Part shown: positions 50,139-64,000 of the stretch, one piece after another
Layout: each line of letters starts with the position of its first letter
Numbering within the stretch: the stretch's first letter is position 1
Translations under genes and position numbers: made by a program
The notes under the pieces: model-generated
Told to the model about the DNA's origin: nothing
Database searches by the model: none
Seen by the model: only the letters and a program-made list of their open reading frames with translations
Source: Camelus ferus
Taxonomy: Eukaryota
DNA: 64,000 bases
Assembly (NCBI RefSeq): GCF_009834535.1
Contig: NC_045720.1
Span: forward strand, 372,001 to 436,000
Direction: 5' to 3'

Positions 50139-50598
50139 GATAGTTTCCTAGGGAACTCTTCCTCTAGGAGAGGACTCGCAAGCCCACCACAAACTGGGTG
50201 CCTTAAGACAATAGAAGTTAATTCTCTCCCAGTCTGGAGGCAGAAGCCTGAGATCAATGTGTCAGCAGGCTATGCTCACTCTGAAGCCTCCAGGGGAGAA
50301 TCTGTTACATGATCTTTTACTGGCTTCTGGTGGCCTCGGGTGTCCTCGGCTTGTTGTGGCAACATAACCCCAGTCTCTGCCTCGGTCTTCACATGACCCT
50401 CTTGTGTCTGTCTCTTCTCTTCTCAAAAGAACACCAGGACATCATGTTAGATTCCTGGCTCACCTTACTCCAGCGTGACTTCATCTTAACTGATTCCATC
50501 TGTAATGGTCCTATTTTTTCAGTTACAGTTACATTTTGAGGTACTGTGGGTTAGGTTTTCAATATATCTTTTTCAAGGATACAGTTCAATCCATAACA
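50139..50598 (-). mobile_element. MaLR LTR (MLT1-type), antisense
   Basis: TAGTTTCCTAGGG...CCACAAACTGGGTGCCTTAAGACAATAGAAGTTAATTCTCTCCCAGTCTGGAGGC...CTCTGAAGCCTCCAGGGGAGAATC...TTTTGAGGTACTG...ACAGTTCAATCCATAACA matches the MLT1 consensus pattern as I recall it. Confidence 0.8.
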
Positions 50599-52049
50599 GC
50601 TCTCATGGGCATTAGCTATCACAGGTGCCCTCCAGGTAGCAGAAAGGAGCTAAGAGGAAAGAGCAAAAGGAGTAAGGGCCCAGGGGATGTGAGATTCAGT
50701 CTTTTGTTCACCCAATAGCACCAGCATAAGAGCAGGAGAGTGGCAGGCAGACTTACACTCCATTAGGTCCACTTGGGCTGAAGGCAGGTAGCTGCCACCT
50801 GCCAGGAATCTGAGGCAAATGGGCAGGAAGGACCATGTCTGAGAGCTCCCTGGCCTGACACAGGTGGCCAGCTGCCCTAGCCTCTCCACGAGATGCTGAT
50901 TCTTCTAGAATCTTCACCAACCCTGTAAGAAGAGTCTGGGAATTACCACCTCCCTTATAAAACCAGGCCACAACACTGGACACGCAGAGATGGCCTGGCA
51001 TGAAGGAAGATGCAGAAAACCACTAGCTCCCAGTACAGTGCTGCCCCAGGGACATATTGAGGGTGTATCCTGGACTGTAGTGGGGACCCAAGCTGCAGGG
51101 GCCGAGGGAGAACTCCACTGCCTTTTGGAGGACCAGGCCCTCTGAATGGTGGAGCTAAGTACTTGAAGCTGCCAGGGCTTGGACTGGCAGCCTCATCACA
51201 CCCTCCCCAGCCATAGATCACCTTCCAGCCCATCACGGTCTCCTTCCAGCAACTTCAAGCCACCACTTCTGCTGACGGCCTCCTCTAGTTTCCCACTGAA
51301 GAAGCAGACCCGCCAGACAGGCCCACATCTGCCTTCCCACTGCCAGCCCTACGACCTCCCAGCCCCTCTGCCCACCTTCCCCTCTGCTCTGACTGGGACA
51401 GAGCTATATCCTGCTCGTTGTTGCTCCTCCCAGGACTGTGCTCCTTCAGCATCTCTGGCTGTCTGCACTGACCACCTCTCTCCCACAGACAAACTCTCAT
51501 CCGTTTGTTAGGGCATTTGCCGTGTGCCAGGCTTGAGGCTGGGGGTCCTGTGGTGACTGATGTGGGAGCCATGACTGTGTCTGTCTGCCTTGGATGTGGA
51601 GAGTCAGTGTCCAGGCCACGGCCCAGCTCTGCCCTGCTGCCTCCTCCAGCAGATCCTCATGGTGGTTCTGACTACAGTTAGTTTTTGTTTTGATTTTTAA
51701 AGGGGCTTCATGTAGTTCACGGGTCACACACCTGTCTGGGCATCCAAGTGACCCTTGGCCTGCCCATCAAGTGTCCAGACTGGAGTTCTTGTTGCTGACA
51801 TGAGCAAGTGGGCAGAATTTGGATGACATAAACACATATTTCTATGTCATTTTCTTGGGTGTGACTATACCTTTTTATTTGTTTTATTTCTTAAGATTCT
51901 GTTTCTAAATCCCAGACCTGTCTGAGGGTATTTAGGGCGAATCCCTGCCAAGTGAGGAGAGGTCTGCTGAGCTGGGCGTGGTCCTGGCTCCAGGGTCCTC
52001 TAAGTGGGCAGCTGTGCCAGGTCTGGAGAGAGATCAGTGGGGAAGACGC

Positions 52050-52859
52050 GAAAAGCGCTGGGAGAGGGGCCAGCCGCACCACCGGCAAACACGTGACCGC
52101 CAGTGCCAGGCAGGGCCGCAGGTCGTCAACGCGTGTGTTTTGGTGGTGGTAGGGGAACCGTTCTGCGGAGGGAACACAGCGGAGACGGGACGTGGCACCT
52201 CTCCAGGAAGCTCTCCCCAGCTCTGGATTAGTCGGGCCTCCGGCACTTGCCGGAGCATAATTTGTCGCGTGTTTGTGTCCGGGGGGGTCTCTTCGCTCCC
52301 GGCTCCGTACTGCGTGGCTCTCCTGGCTGAGCCGGGCGCCGGCACCTGGCGGGACGCCTCGCACACGTGAGCGTGGTGCGGGAAAGACCTCGCCTCTTCC
52401 TGCGGGCGAGACCCTCCACGGGGAATCCATCGTGGGGTCCTGGGGCGGGAAGGACCCCGGCCCGCCGTCCCTGAGCCGCCTCACTCCCGTCCGGCTCGCA
52501 GCCCGCTTCGGCGTCCCCCCGCGGTGGGGCCCTGGATTTCTAGCGAGCTCGGGATCGCGGGGCTCTGGGAGCGGAGCCGCGAGGCCGCCCCCGGCCACCA
52601 GGGGCCGCTGTCGCTCCCACGGCCGGGGCGCCGTGGCGGCGCTGCGCAGGCGCAGGAGTCCGGAACCTTGGCGCGCGGCTTCCGGGCTGGCCGGGCCGTG
52701 TTCGCCGCCGTGCCGGTCCCCCGCGAGCCCGCTCCAACAGCCAGGTGGGCGGCGCGCGCGCGGGCGGGAGGCGGGGAACGCCGGGCCGGCCCGGGGTGGT
52801 GCGCGGGCGGCTCCGCTCATCCGGTCGCCTGCGACCCCGTGCAGCCCCGGTTCGGCGCC
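52050..52859 (+). promoter_or_regulatory. CpG-island promoter, non-coding exon 1 and intron 1 of CPSF1
   Basis: CpG-rich. Candidate exon-1 donor CAC|GTGAGC at 52366/52367 and acceptor GTGCAG|CCCCGG at 52844/52845 before the ATG at 52860. NRF1-type GCGCAGGCGCA near 52644. Confidence 0.65.
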
Positions 52860-63966
<11,107 letters not shown>

Positions 63967-64000
63967 GTGTGGTGTCTGGGCGGTGCCGGGTGTAGGGCGA

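Overview
GC-rich, gene-dense mammalian genomic DNA orthologous to human 8q24.3. The species is most likely a camelid, based on a Vic-1-type tRNA-derived SINE and a camelid-type L1 3' tail; a CPSF1 HREHRE duplication I recall from cattle also fits an artiodactyl. Gene order: KIFC2 (minus strand, 12 coding exons, runs off the left edge), head-to-head with TMEM276, then ZFTRAF1/CYHR1, TONSL, VPS28, SLC39A4 (ZIP4) and the 5' part of CPSF1 (runs off the right edge), all on the plus strand. I traced every coding exon by hand from splice sites and reading frame. The complete genes give intact ORFs: TMEM276 192 aa, ZFTRAF1 398 aa, TONSL 1372 aa, VPS28 221 aa and SLC39A4 654 aa. I see no prokaryote-type system (CRISPR, operons, defence islands), and most of the supplied six-frame ORFs are GC-rich noise. 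The most interesting structure is the TMEM276/ZFTRAF1 locus, whose sequence supports up to four modular products. These are TMEM276, a TMEM276-ZFTRAF1 read-through that loses half the RING and the NLS, full ZFTRAF1, and a candidate intronic alternative last exon that would replace the TRAF-like C-terminus. Other items worth checking are an ERV-type LTR just upstream of SLC39A4, a promoter-like CpG island inside SLC39A4, a GC-AG intron in TONSL, a uORF and (GGC)11 tract in the ZFTRAF1 leader, and short CPSF1 introns matching human mirtron loci. Gene names and repeat families come from my recall of the orthologs, not from database searches.
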